A stretch of DNA of 63,738 nucleotides, filler included, from Choristocarpus tenellus KU-1152 (taxonomy: Eukaryota; Protista; Phaeophyceae), in NCBI GenBank assembly GCA_964200185.2. It is 10 parts of 10 records of this genome, joined end to end, with 100 filler letters (N's around TTAATTAATTAA, not from the genome) between each part and the next. Parts side by side here need not be neighbours in the genome. Positions count along the whole stretch, not along the records: positions 21,767 to 25,862 come from CAXNAD020016241.1; positions 25,963 to 33,889 come from CAXNAD020005383.1; positions 33,990 to 39,942 come from CAXNAD020009331.1; 7 more parts are not named here. One strand, written 5' to 3'. The translations under genes were made by a program, and so were the position numbers. Of this stretch, positions 25,581 through 37,100 are shown piece by piece. Position 1 is the first letter of the stretch. The number at the start of each line of letters is the position of its first letter. Below the pieces are notes generated by a model that worked only from the letters and a program-made list of their open reading frames with translations, had not been told where the DNA came from and did no database searches.

Positions 25581-25708
25581 CTTCATATGCAAAATATTTC
25601 CTTTTTTTAGGTAGAATGTGAAGAGAGATGGGGGAGGAAACGTGGGATTGAGGGTCGAGGAAAAATGTATGAACAGTGTCAGATGAACTAAACGCAGGAG
25701 AGGAGAAG

Positions 25709-25862
25709 GAGCCAAAGTATCTTAGAGGGTAGAGCCGCGTCCATTTGGTGGCCAAAATCCAACGTTGCGATTTTGATGTAATTTCGACTATCGTGTTTGT
25801 TAGCATGTGTCAATATCCATGTTCCGGACAAGTTTTCATAACATGTACAATTTACCTGCTCC
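25709..25862 (-). mobile_element. MITE family A copy truncated by contig end
   Basis: GAGCCAAAGTATCTTAGAGGGTAGAGCCGCGTCCATTTG... runs to the gap. Confidence 0.85.
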
Positions 25863-26954
25863 NNNNNNNNNNNNNNNNNNNNNNNNNNNNNNNNNNNNNN
25901 NNNNNNTTAATTAATTAANNNNNNNNNNNNNNNNNNNNNNNNNNNNNNNNNNNNNNNNNNNNAAAAAAAAAAATGTGTTTTATAAGATTTAAAAATAAAA
26001 TAATTTTTTTTATGTTTAAAGAATTGGGGGGGGGGGGGGGGGGGGGAGTCATGAGAATCTTGTGCAATGCCGAAGTGAACAAACAGACGTCCCAGTAGGC
26101 AGGATGGGATGTAACTAATGCGAATGCGTTATTCATGCTATGGTAGTCAAAACAATACACTGACCAAACCCTACCAACATCTTGATTGTTAAAAATAGAG
26201 TCAGCTCTATTTAAGCATATATAGCTTACGGTCGCCTGTTAAATACAGCTCTTGATAACACTGCCTTGATTGTAAAACTGTCTAGTTTTGAGACCTTTGA
26301 TACCTTGGATACTTTTGAGACCTTTGTTTACGCACGATGTCATTGTGATCCATGACCATGGTATTCCTCATTTTGTTTCTCTAGTATTATTAAATTCAAA
26401 ATGTTAAAATTCAAAATGTTAAATTCACTTTCAAACGTGTTTCGAATCTTTCCGGAGCATTTACATTTGTTTTGCTATCACTATCACTATCACTATCACT
26501 ATCAGCATCGGTCATTAGTGTGTCACCATTGAGAACTCCAAGGTGAAACCGAGAGGGGTATGGTCTGAGGAGCCTTATTTTGTTGTTATGTAGTGTTTCT
26601 GTAGGACCATTCTGGGTCTGAGGAGCCTTATTTTGTTGTTATTTGACGTTTCTACGGGACCATTTTGGGGCTGTTCGATGCTCACGGACTCTTATTATCC
26701 TTACGCTGAAACAGTGGCCTGCATCAATGGCCCTTCAGCAGTAGTGGTGAACAGTTACTGACAGTTACTGACCTCAAGGATACAATACAATACAATACAA
26801 TACAATACAAGAAGCACTCCTATTAACTATTTTTAACTATTTTTAACTCCCCTCGCCGCGAGAGTTTTCCCAATTCCCTTGTCGCTATGCAGCAACCAAC
26901 CCCCCACCCCTTTTTACCCACAATGTTTTTGTCCCAATTGTACGGGTGTCACAG

Positions 26955-29900
26955 GTCTTACTCTTTCTGCTGATCATTTGCCTGCCGGGGTGCTTGGCTA
27001 CCAACCTATATGCATTGCGCCATATGTGTTACATTGGGTTCTTTTCTGCTGTCCTGCTCACTGCAGCGGTGAGAAAAAAAATTGTTTACTTTTTTGGTGA
27101 CAGAGTTCTTGTAGTAGTCTGTGACAGAACGCCTTCCTTTCCTCTCATATATATATATAAAATTGTGTGTGTGTGTGTGTGGACATTGCCAATACCTCTT
27201 TATTCAGTGACTCTTGAGCTAGCTTCTGTCTCCAGCTAGCTACCCTCCCTCCCTCCCTCCCTTCCTTCCATGTAAAGATTCGGGTTGAAGTTGAATTTTT
27301 CCTGTCAAGTTGGAATGCACTGAGTTTTAATTGTACTTTGAAGTACTTGTAATTGCCTGTCTCCACTTCTCCGATATTGTAACTGTGGTGTAGACGCGTA
27401 GGGTAAAGGGTTAGGGTTAGGGTTGAGGTTGAGGTTGTATCTCAGGTATGAAACTGCCGCATTGTGCTCACAGTTTCTCCCTGCGGGTGGAAAAGTGAAA
27501 AAAGAAAATCCCACATGGTCCACTTTGGCTGTATAAGTATATGTATATATATATGTAAGTACAAATAAGTACGATGAGCGTAGTACAGCCTGTACAGTAT
27601 ATATATGTACAGTATATATATGTACAGCTTTGACTGCTGTAGTTTGAGGTGACCCACTTTGCCTGTAGGAGAATGTGGTGCTTCTAGGAGGTTAGGGTTT
27701 CAATATCACACATGCTTTTGAAGGTTTTTCTTGGTTGTAAGAGGAAGTGGTGTCTTTTTTGCAGCTTATTGCCAGACTCAGACTCGAAGGTGTGGAGGTT
27801 GTAACTGTCATTGAATTGAACATGCATGTTCGCTGCTGTTATACCGTTATATTGTTATATTGTTACATTGTTATATTGTTATATCGTTATATTGTTATAT
27901 TGTTATATTGGGACTTAACCAACCCGTTCTGAAAAAGGGTTGGGGAAAATAGTTTGTTTGATGCTGTTGTGTGGGACGATTCTAGTAGACAGTGATGTGA
28001 TGTGATGTGATGTGATGTGATGTGATGTGACGTGACTGATGCTCGTGTACACTATGTATTTTGTCCATGGTTTGTTGATTTCAATGTTTGTGATATTGCA
28101 GTCTGAATCTATCAACGAATGAAACTGTATTTGAATTTACTAATAAAAAAAAAGAGTACCTAACTTCCCCCCCCGTTACACCTAACGGAGGAGCTAGGGT
28201 TAGGGTAAGTGTCAAGGTTGGTACAAGGCCTCAATGGCAAGTAGGTTAGGGTTAGGGTTGCATGCAGTATGCATGGATGATATTATTATTATGATTATTG
28301 TTATTGTGGGGGGGGGAGTACAAATTTTGCAACTGCTACTAGGGAGTATTATGAAATCAATAATGAAGGCAGCTGGCATGGCATGGGATGGATGATGATG
28401 ATGATGCATGCGGGTCACTTTCTTGCAGTTGCTACACAGAAGAATCAAGTGATGGATGAGTAGTGATAGTGCCAAGAATGGAAAGGTTTGGTTAGTAAGA
28501 GAGTAGTAACATGCCTGTTGCTGGAGGTGAAACCCTTAAAATGTTGTACGTGTTGTTATAAAAAGAAGCGCAGGGATACCTAAATAAAGCTCATACCCTC
28601 AAGGTTATAAGTTGACCGATGATCCTTTTTTTTATTTATCTCTTTTATTCAATAGGGTTTCAATTTAGTAGGCGGTATGATTATGAATAATAATAATAAG
28701 AAGAAAATATCAACAGTAATGGGTGTACTTACCTGTGCTGCTCAGGGTAGGGTTAATGCATAGTGTGTCAACACTGCTCCACCGGTGGCAGATTTCCAAG
28801 ATGACAAGGAGATGAAGGCAAGAAATTTCTGTAGATGTGGGATTGTCATATCCATCTCTGACATGTCCAAACTGAGGGCATCAAAAAGATTATGTATTTC
28901 TTGCACTGCATTAGGTTGTCTCCTCTGGTCTTAACAATTTTAGTTGCCTGAAAATCGGGAGCATGGTGGTGCAGTGCAGTTGGGGCAGTTTTTGTTGGGG
29001 TATACTTGGCTTCTTTGATTTTTGGTGTTTGATTTATACCAGGGAGGGAGGAAGTACTAACATGTGTCTGTTTGTGTTTGTAGCAGTTGCCGGGAGTAGA
29101 ACTATGATTTTTTTTTAATTTGTTGAAATAAAAGTTGAATTACTTTTTTTATGTTCTTGGATGTGTGCAAAAATAAAATAAAATATGCAGTGAAATTATT
29201 CTCCCCCCCTCCAAAAAAAAAATCTATAAAAAAGAACTGATGTGCCCTGATGCCGGTTACATTTTTTTGTTTGTTTGTTAGATTTTAATGTGTATCCACA
29301 AACATACTGAAATTTGACTCTTCAAACAACTTGTCGGGCGTGGCAGCTGGTACCACACGCACGTGATCTTAGTTTTTTTTAATTCCATTTTGTAAAAATA
29401 AAAGTAAAAATATAAATAAAAAGTAAATCAGTGACACGTATAGCCTGAGAAGCATCTTTGTGCACCAATTTTGTTGTATACTGCAAGAGAGATCACCCTG
29501 CCTTCCTTCCGACCTATACCTACCCATGCAGTCAGGGACATTGTTGGGGGGTTTTTGGGTGGGGGGGGGTTGCTAGAGTTGTGCTTCTAGAAACTGCAAG
29601 CAAAATTCGCGCAGGGCATTGCACCACTGATGGTCTATGCTGGATAGGTTTGAATGGAGTTGCACTTGACTTTTTATGAATTGGTTTACTGGTGATACTG
29701 GTGATTTGGTGTACATGATGACAAAAATCAATGTTTGGTGTTTTAAACAGTGCCATGGAGTCCCGATTGATGAGGAGGGCAGAGAGGAACCGCAGGACGA
29801 TATGTAGTGTGTGCAGTGGAGCTAAGACCTCATTGATAACATTTTTTTGTTTTACAAAATCGAGGAGGATATAGAAAAGAAAAAAAGAAAAGAAAGATGG

Positions 29901-30070
29901 GTTAATGAAATAACCGTTTAAAAAGTCTTTACCCTTGGATGTCCTCAGGCTCCGATAATGTTTTTTTTTCTCTTAGGATCGATGTTGATTGAATCGGGTA
30001 TGATGGAGTCAGTCCCATCAAGGTGGGACTGAGGAGATTTTTTTTATTTATTTTTTATTGCACACCTCTC

Positions 30071-30115
<45 letters not shown>

Positions 30116-33100
30116 CATTTTACACCTCTTGAAACACCATCTCTCCATAGTTGATGATGATGCCTTAAGTCTGAGGAGTTTGCACTTGGTACTGCAGTGT
30201 GGGTCATCATTTGTTTCCGCTTAAATAGAATGCGTCACAAATATAAATAATCAAATACTTACTGCAGTGTGGGTCATCATTTGTTTCCGCTTAAATAGAA
30301 TGCGTCACAAATATAAATAATCAAATACAAATAATCAAATATAAATAATCCTGAGGAGGCACGCCTGAATAGAATTGTAATATATTATCACAACAACAAT
30401 ACATCAAATGTTATCGCAACAAATGTTATCACAACAACAATACATCAAATGCTATCGCAACAAATGTTATCACAACAACAATACATCAAATTTGTCCAGC
30501 CGGTCACGACCTACCTGGATGAACAAATGTAGCTCGACTTGTGTCTCTTAACCACAAAAAAAAAAGTAAACACGTTTAACTTCTGGGAAGTGTGCCTGTT
30601 CCCAAATAAAAAATCGGGCTTCCTCGCCTGTGGGCAGACAGGCAGGCAGACAGACAGACGGCACTGCCTGTAATCGATTCAGCAATCGATTTGGGGCATG
30701 GCATTTTGTTAGAGAATCGGGATTGGGGTTGTTCTTGTCTTGCCTGAGGTGCTTCTTATGTTTTTGTTTTTTTTTCTAAAGAATTGTTTCGTGTAGATTC
30801 TCTTTTTTTATTTTTGGCTGTTTTATTTATTTTTTCTCACAAAAAATAAATAAAAATGAAATGTGATGTAATGTGATGTAATGTGATGTACAGATTGGGT
30901 ACCGCTCGGTGGAACACAATAATAAAGAGCCAGGCGCAAGGGCCGACCTCAAGTTGGCCGCGGACAACTGGGGAGATGTCATGGAGGCATTTCCTATCCT
31001 ATCCCTTGCCTACTTGTGCCACTTCAACATGCTCTCGGTGAGTGAATGATTGATTCGTTTATTGCAAGGAAATTTAAAATGACTATATATGTGTGTGTGT
31101 GTGTGTTTTTGTTTTTTTAAGGTCAAGGTCAGACCATATTGAGTACTATGATATTTTTTTGTCTTTTTTACTGGTTTTGATAGGGTCAAGGTCAGACCAT
31201 ATTAGATACTATGGTATTTTTCCATCCTGTCCCATTTGCTTACTTACTTGGGGTACTTGTTCCTTCACCTTTTAGTATAGTATGTAGGCTGGAGTAAGAT
31301 GGACAAAATAAAATGTAGTATTATTTGAAATATATATCTTGATTTTAGTGTGGTGTCTCTAGCTTACCGGTGTGAGCTGAGTGATGACTATGAATCAATT
31401 AAATGAAACTGTCAGAGTTAAGAAAAAAAACACTCAGTAACACACTGATGGTTTGAAGCATTTAGGTGTTATTGGGGGAGCCAGTCGCCAGTATGCTATT
31501 CACTTATTTCCACAATGCCCCCCCCAAAAAAAGAAAAATCTTTTTTTGCCATTGGTACAACAGTAGCAACCATCTCATGCTAAGATAAGGTTGTCCTTCA
31601 ATCAGTTTGGATTTAAGATATGGTTCTCATGTCACAATTCTCCAGTGTGATATCACACCTCAGGTTGGGAGCTTGGCTGGATGGAAGGTACATGGGGTGT
31701 GATGGGTTGGCGGAGTTAGTCTGCGATATATAGGTTTCCGGAATGTGCACTTAGTGTACCTGAAGTGTGATGTTTGCGCTTAGTGTACCTGAAGTGTGAT
31801 GTTTGCACTTAGTGTACCTGAAGTGTGATGTTTGCACTAAGTGTACCTGAAGTGTGATGTTTGCACTTAGTGTACCTGAAGTGTGATGTTTGCACTAAGT
31901 GTACCTGAAGTGTGATGTTTGCACTAAGTGTACCTGATCCTTGGCCGTCCTCTCTTGCAGTCAAGATTTACTCTTAGTGTCACTTCTAACAAGAAGAAGT
32001 ATGACAAGAATAAGCAACCTCAACATTGAACATTGCAAGTCATTGAATTCACACACACCCCGTCCCCTCATGTTAGTTGAGTTTGTCCCAGTTAGTGTCT
32101 TCTATCTGTACATCAAGAAATCACCTCTTTTCCAATCCCTCTACTTTGTTGCCAGTTCCACGTGCTTGTGAGCCCAAACGCCTCCATATTTTGAGTAGAT
32201 AATGAATAAAAAATACCCTGCTGTGAAGAAAAAAAAATGTGTGAGGTTGTATCCTTCAAGCATAAAATTTAGATAGTATCTAGGGGGGGGGGGGGGGGAG
32301 GTTAGGGTTAGGGGTGTAAAAGGAAGGTGCATTCAGATGAAGGAAATTGACCTTACACCTGACAAGTTCACTCAGATGACATGAACATCACTACAGTCTC
32401 ATTACTACTGTAACCCTAACCCTAACCCTAACCCTACAGTCTCACACCGACCCCGAATGGACACGCCTGATCCCCCCTCTCTAAGGTGATACGGGTGTGT
32501 TGTGAGTTGTAGGAGTTGATGATGAGCATAGATTCTCAATCAAATCCAAAATAGATTAAAAGTTCCTGATGTATTCAACAACAAGGCATGTACCTTCCAT
32601 TAGCCTTGAAGTCCATAGAGGGTGGTGGATGGCAACCCAGATGAAGGCACAAAAGCTTTTTGTTGAATACATGTGATTGATGGATTTTGACATGTACTCC
32701 ATAGCGATCTCTGATCATTCTACGATGCAACAAGACGCACCATCTCCTTCAAATATTAACAAATATATATTGGTGACATTGTGGTTTTGAAGGATATATT
32801 AGCATGCTTGGCTTTAGTCACCTTCAAGGACAAACGCCTGGTTGTGTTTTACCTCATTGAGTTAAAGTATCTAAGGGTTAGGGTAGAGCCGTGTCCATTT
32901 GGGGGCCAAAATTCAATGTTGCGATTTTGATGTAATTTTGGCTATCATGTTTGTTAGGAAGTGTCAATATCCTTGTTCTGGACACACCTTTTCATGACGT
33001 ATACATTTTACCTACTCCTAACCATTTTGGAGTAGGTGAAATGTCATTAAAAACCTATGGGAAGCCAAGCCCCAAATGGACAATCAAGGCAAAACTCGTA

Positions 33101-33645
33101 CCCTAACCCTAAGATACTTGTACTCGTTGTGTTCAGGGTTAGGGTACTTAGGTCATTTGAGCTCTTCTTCGATTCTTGAAGTCCCTTAAGCCTCTTCTCC
33201 AACAGAGGCTGCAAGCGATTTAATCCCTCACGCTAACAATCACATGCTATTAATCACATGCTAACAACAATCAGGCATGTGATTTCCTGTGTTAGCTGTG
33301 TCCAGCACATGCTGTAGTGTTCCCATCCAGTTTCTAATCAATAAGTGCTTTGTGTAAGTATATTTGAATTGGATATAGTGGTACTTGAAGAGAACCCCTC
33401 TCCAGTAGTTGTAATGGTAATAGATCAAACCCTAACCCTAAACCTGCTGCAGTGCATCCTCGATGTTACCAACTTAACCCTAACCCTAACCCTAATCTGC
33501 ACCTCTCCATCAGGTCCAGTCTCAGCTTGTGAACCCCACCCGGGAGAGACTGAAGGGTCTGTTACATGGTACCATAGGGATGGCCACTTGCATGTACATT
33601 GTACTGGGCATGTCTGGCTACATGTATGCCTACAGCGAAACTAAG
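26955..33645 (+). CDS. Aa_trans/SLC38-like amino acid transporter, three internal exons
   Basis: Exons 26955-27068, 30894-31037, 33514-33645, all phase 0: LPGCLATNLYALRHMCYIG / AFPILSLAYLCHFNMLS / VQSQLVNPTRERL...YIVLGMSGYMYAYSETK. Confidence 0.88.
30190..30491. repeat. Intronic tandem duplications (70-bp x2; ~43-bp x2.5)
   Basis: TACTGCAGTGTGGGTCATC... duplicated; TTATCACAACAACAATACATCAAATG repeated. Confidence 0.85.
31747..31937. repeat. 29-bp minisatellite, ~6.5 copies
   Basis: Unit GCACT(T/A)AGTGTACCTGAAGTGTGATGTTT. Confidence 0.95.
32411..32436. repeat. Interstitial telomere-like (TAACCC)4
   Basis: taaccctaaccctaaccctaacccta. Confidence 0.9.
32859..33125 (-). mobile_element. MITE family A copy with telomere-like changes in both TIRs and in the hairpin loop
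   Basis: TIRs read AAGGGTTAGGGTAGAGCC and CGTACCCTAACCCTAAGATAC, against family consensus TAGAGGGTAGAGCC and CGTACCCTCTAAGATAC. Confidence 0.85.
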
Positions 33646-33805
33646 GTGTGGGATTGGGGGCGGGGGGGGCTACTCCTTGTTGAAGTTGAAGGGTGTCCAA
33701 ACCCTCGCCTGCAGGGCCTCCGGTACCCCACTTGGCCCTAATCCTCTCCTACTTTGGTCGATACACTATGGACTCCAGAGCTCAAGCCTTTTGTCCTCTA
33801 CTTAT

Positions 33806-33844
<39 letters not shown>

Positions 33845-34116
33845 AAAAAAAAATTCTTACAAAATATATAACCAAAAACGAAGAGAATTNNNNNNNNNNN
33901 NNNNNNNNNNNNNNNNNNNNNNNNNNNNNNNNNTTAATTAATTAANNNNNNNNNNNNNNNNNNNNNNNNNNNNNNNNNNNNNNNNNNNNACCCCCCAGAT
34001 AATTTGACCCTCCAGAGTATGTTCTTAGACACTTTGATTCATTCTGTGATTCTCTTGTCATTGCCCAGTCCCTCTAGTCTTCAATACAAATGTGACCTTG
34101 TTTCTCTCTAAACAAG

Positions 34117-37100
34117 GCATGCTAATGGGAAGCTCAAAGTTGATTTCATCTCCTGAGCAACTGATACGTTTGTGGTGTCATGAGAGCAAGCGAGTGTTTG
34201 AAGACCGCCTCGTTAATGCAGAGGATCATGCCTGGTTTGTGCACCTTGTCAAGGGTATTGTTGAAGGCAAATTCAACATGGAGTGGAACAAGGTCATCCC
34301 TCAGGTAAAGCAAACCAAAATCTGTGATGAAGAAGGGCTGAACAGGAGGATTTGAAGTTAATGTCTAACTCAAACTATACTCCCATGCAAATCCTTGGAA
34401 CCACCCACTCTCAGCATGTTCAGGCATGCTAATTTGATAAATAATAAAACCAATCTTTGGGAGTGAATTTGATCCTTTGGAGGTACTTCTTGATCACAAA
34501 ATAAACGTTCAGTATGTGTGAAAGACTGATACCGGCAGTGCAATGGTTCTCTCAGGAACGTCTTATTTATGGAGACTACATGGTGCCTGGTGCTGAACCG
34601 ACGGTCTATGACGAGATCCCGGATATGGAAAAGCTCAAGGTGATCATCACTAGTCATCAGTCTTGTTATGAGTCAAAGTAAGCAAGAGGTACCCAGGGTT
34701 TGCATTTTAAGGATGTTGACAAATAGGTGAAAAATTCGCATTTTTATAGAATGTGAGCGAAAGTATCTTAGAGGGTGCGAATTTTGCCCTGTTGTTCATT
34801 TGGGGCTCGGCTTCCCATAAGTTTATAATGACAGCTTACCTACTCCAAAATATTTCGGAGTAGATAAAATGTATACATTATGAAAAGGAGTCTCAGCAAC
34901 AAAGAGGTTGACATCTCCTAACAAACACGATAGCCAAAATTACGTCAAACTTACAACATTGGATTTGGTCCCCAAAATGGACGTGGCTGTACCCTCTAAG
35001 ATACTTCGAATCTGTGAGTAGGAAGTTTAATTAATTCTGTCGAAAAGTATCTACCAAAAGAGAAATCAATGATCTCAAGTCAAAATTGGCACTCCATCCA
35101 TAGAACTATGGGCGAATTACAAAATATGAGATATTGGCTTCAAAAGCAAAGCGATCAAAACCTGGTTACCTCTTGTTTACTTTGACTCTGACAGATATGT
35201 GCAAAATTCGTTTGTTTTTTTTCGAAGATGTATAGGGAATTCTCAAAATATAAAAAAATTCAAAAACTAAGAGAAACGAATTTTCCCAAGTCAACCATAG
35301 CACTTCACCCATATAAATAGTAATAATAAGGGTGAATTGCAAAAGATGAAAAAAGTGACTTAATATGAAAAAAGCCAAAACCTGGGTACCTCTCATTTAC
35401 TTTGGAGTGAAAGTATCTTAGAGGGTACGATTTTTCCCCTGTTTGTCCATTTGAGACTTGGCTTCTCATGAGCTCCTTAATGACATTTTCCTACTCCAAA
35501 ATGTTTAGGAATAGACAAAGTGTGTATGTTATGAAAAAGTGTGTCAGGAACATGGATATTGACACTTCCTAACAAGAACGATAGCCAAAATTACATCATA
35601 ATCGCAACATCTGACTTTGGCCCCCAAATGGACGCGGCTCTACCCTCTGAGATACTTTGGCTCTTTGGGTCTATTTTGGTTCTGACAACCCCGAGTACAT
35701 ATCAACAATTCACCGCCATATGTTCCCACCTAATATGAATTCGTCTTTGTTCTGTTGGTGCTCCTTATCCTATGTCGTTCCCTATTTTTATTAGCCTTAT
35801 TTTACCCCTGACACTACTTCTTCAAGTCCCCCCCTCTGAAGGCATGCCTTTCAATCTTCCCCTTCACTTTCACAGTTCAGTTTCACACTTGCTCACCACT
35901 CACCTCACAAATTGTCCATGGTCATTGCAGTCCACATTATTATGCTCATGGTTCACATTAGAGTTTGGTTTCACGTTGTCCTTGTCTTTGCTTTCCCACT
36001 CTTGTATGGTATTCTTGCTTAATAGGGTGCGATAGTTCAGTATCTGAACGACCACAACAGCGAGTCTAAGACCCCTATGCCACTGGTGATGTTCCTGGAC
36101 GCCATTGAGCATGTTTCGAGAGTCAGCCGGATATTGCGCCAGCCATTGGGCAATGCGTTGCTTCTTGGCATGGGGGGTTCAGGGAGGCAATCTATGACCA
36201 AGTTAGCCACTTACATCGCTGGATATGACATTTATCAGGTACATTGATAGATATTCGATGAAGTGGAGTGTTTGGATCATAACAAGTACATGCTTTGAAT
36301 CATTACAATGAGCAATACTCACAATTTTAACCTGTGTGCAGTTCCATAGCTGGTAGGGATTATGTAAAAAAACTAATGGTCTGGTCCTATTATAGTTTCC
36401 TACTACCTACGTGCCATAGGTCTGTGCCGTGTTGTCCATAACTTTTTGAAGATGTTTATAAAATTTATTTCTGAAAGAAGATTTAGAATCCTTGACAAAT
36501 TTCTGGTTAAGGTCATTCTTTTTTTTGTTATAACTCCACATAAATCACATTTTATTCACCCACAGAAAAAGCCTCCATATTTACCTTCAGCTTGTTTTCA
36601 AGATCACCAGACAACTGCCTCTTCCTTACCCCTGCGTGCTCCACACCAAAATCATTCCCCCCTTTGTATCTAAGTACTTGGTTGTACACCACAAAAGGGT
36701 GTTGCCAAGTCTTCTCAAGTGTGGTTTCATTATACTACTCATACTATTTCTTAATGACCTTCACGATCTCCTCGATGGACCCAAACCACTCCCCCATCAC
36801 CTGGCATTTCAAAGACCTGAAGAAGCACAGGTCCATGATATTGAGGTCGAGGGAGTTAGATGGCTGCGTCGTAAGTCTAATCGATCACCCTTCAGTCTTC
36901 CCTGCCCCTGACAAGATTTCTGAGTTGCCCTTGCTGGTATGGGGGGTGGCACTATCTTGCTGAATGACAACGTGCTTCCCCTGCAACCAAGTCATCTTGG
37001 TCTTGATTGCAGGCAGTACCTCCTCCGTGTACCACTTCCTGTACCACAAATGGTATAAAGTACAGTCCTGCAAATACACATCCCCCTTTTTATGGTTCTT

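Larger units (their letters stand above)
34670..35671. mobile_element. Related TIR element (family C) hosting two nested family A MITEs
   Basis: Left end GAGTCAAAGTAAGCAAGAGGTACCCAGG. Inverted ends CCTGGTTACCTCTTGTTTACTTTGACTC (35161-35188) and CCTGGGTACCTCTCATTTACTTTG[MITE]GGTC. Confidence 0.65.

Noticed and set aside
31747-31937. CRISPR-like 29-bp repeats
   Set aside because: Units are directly adjacent with no spacers; eukaryotic intron; no cas genes.
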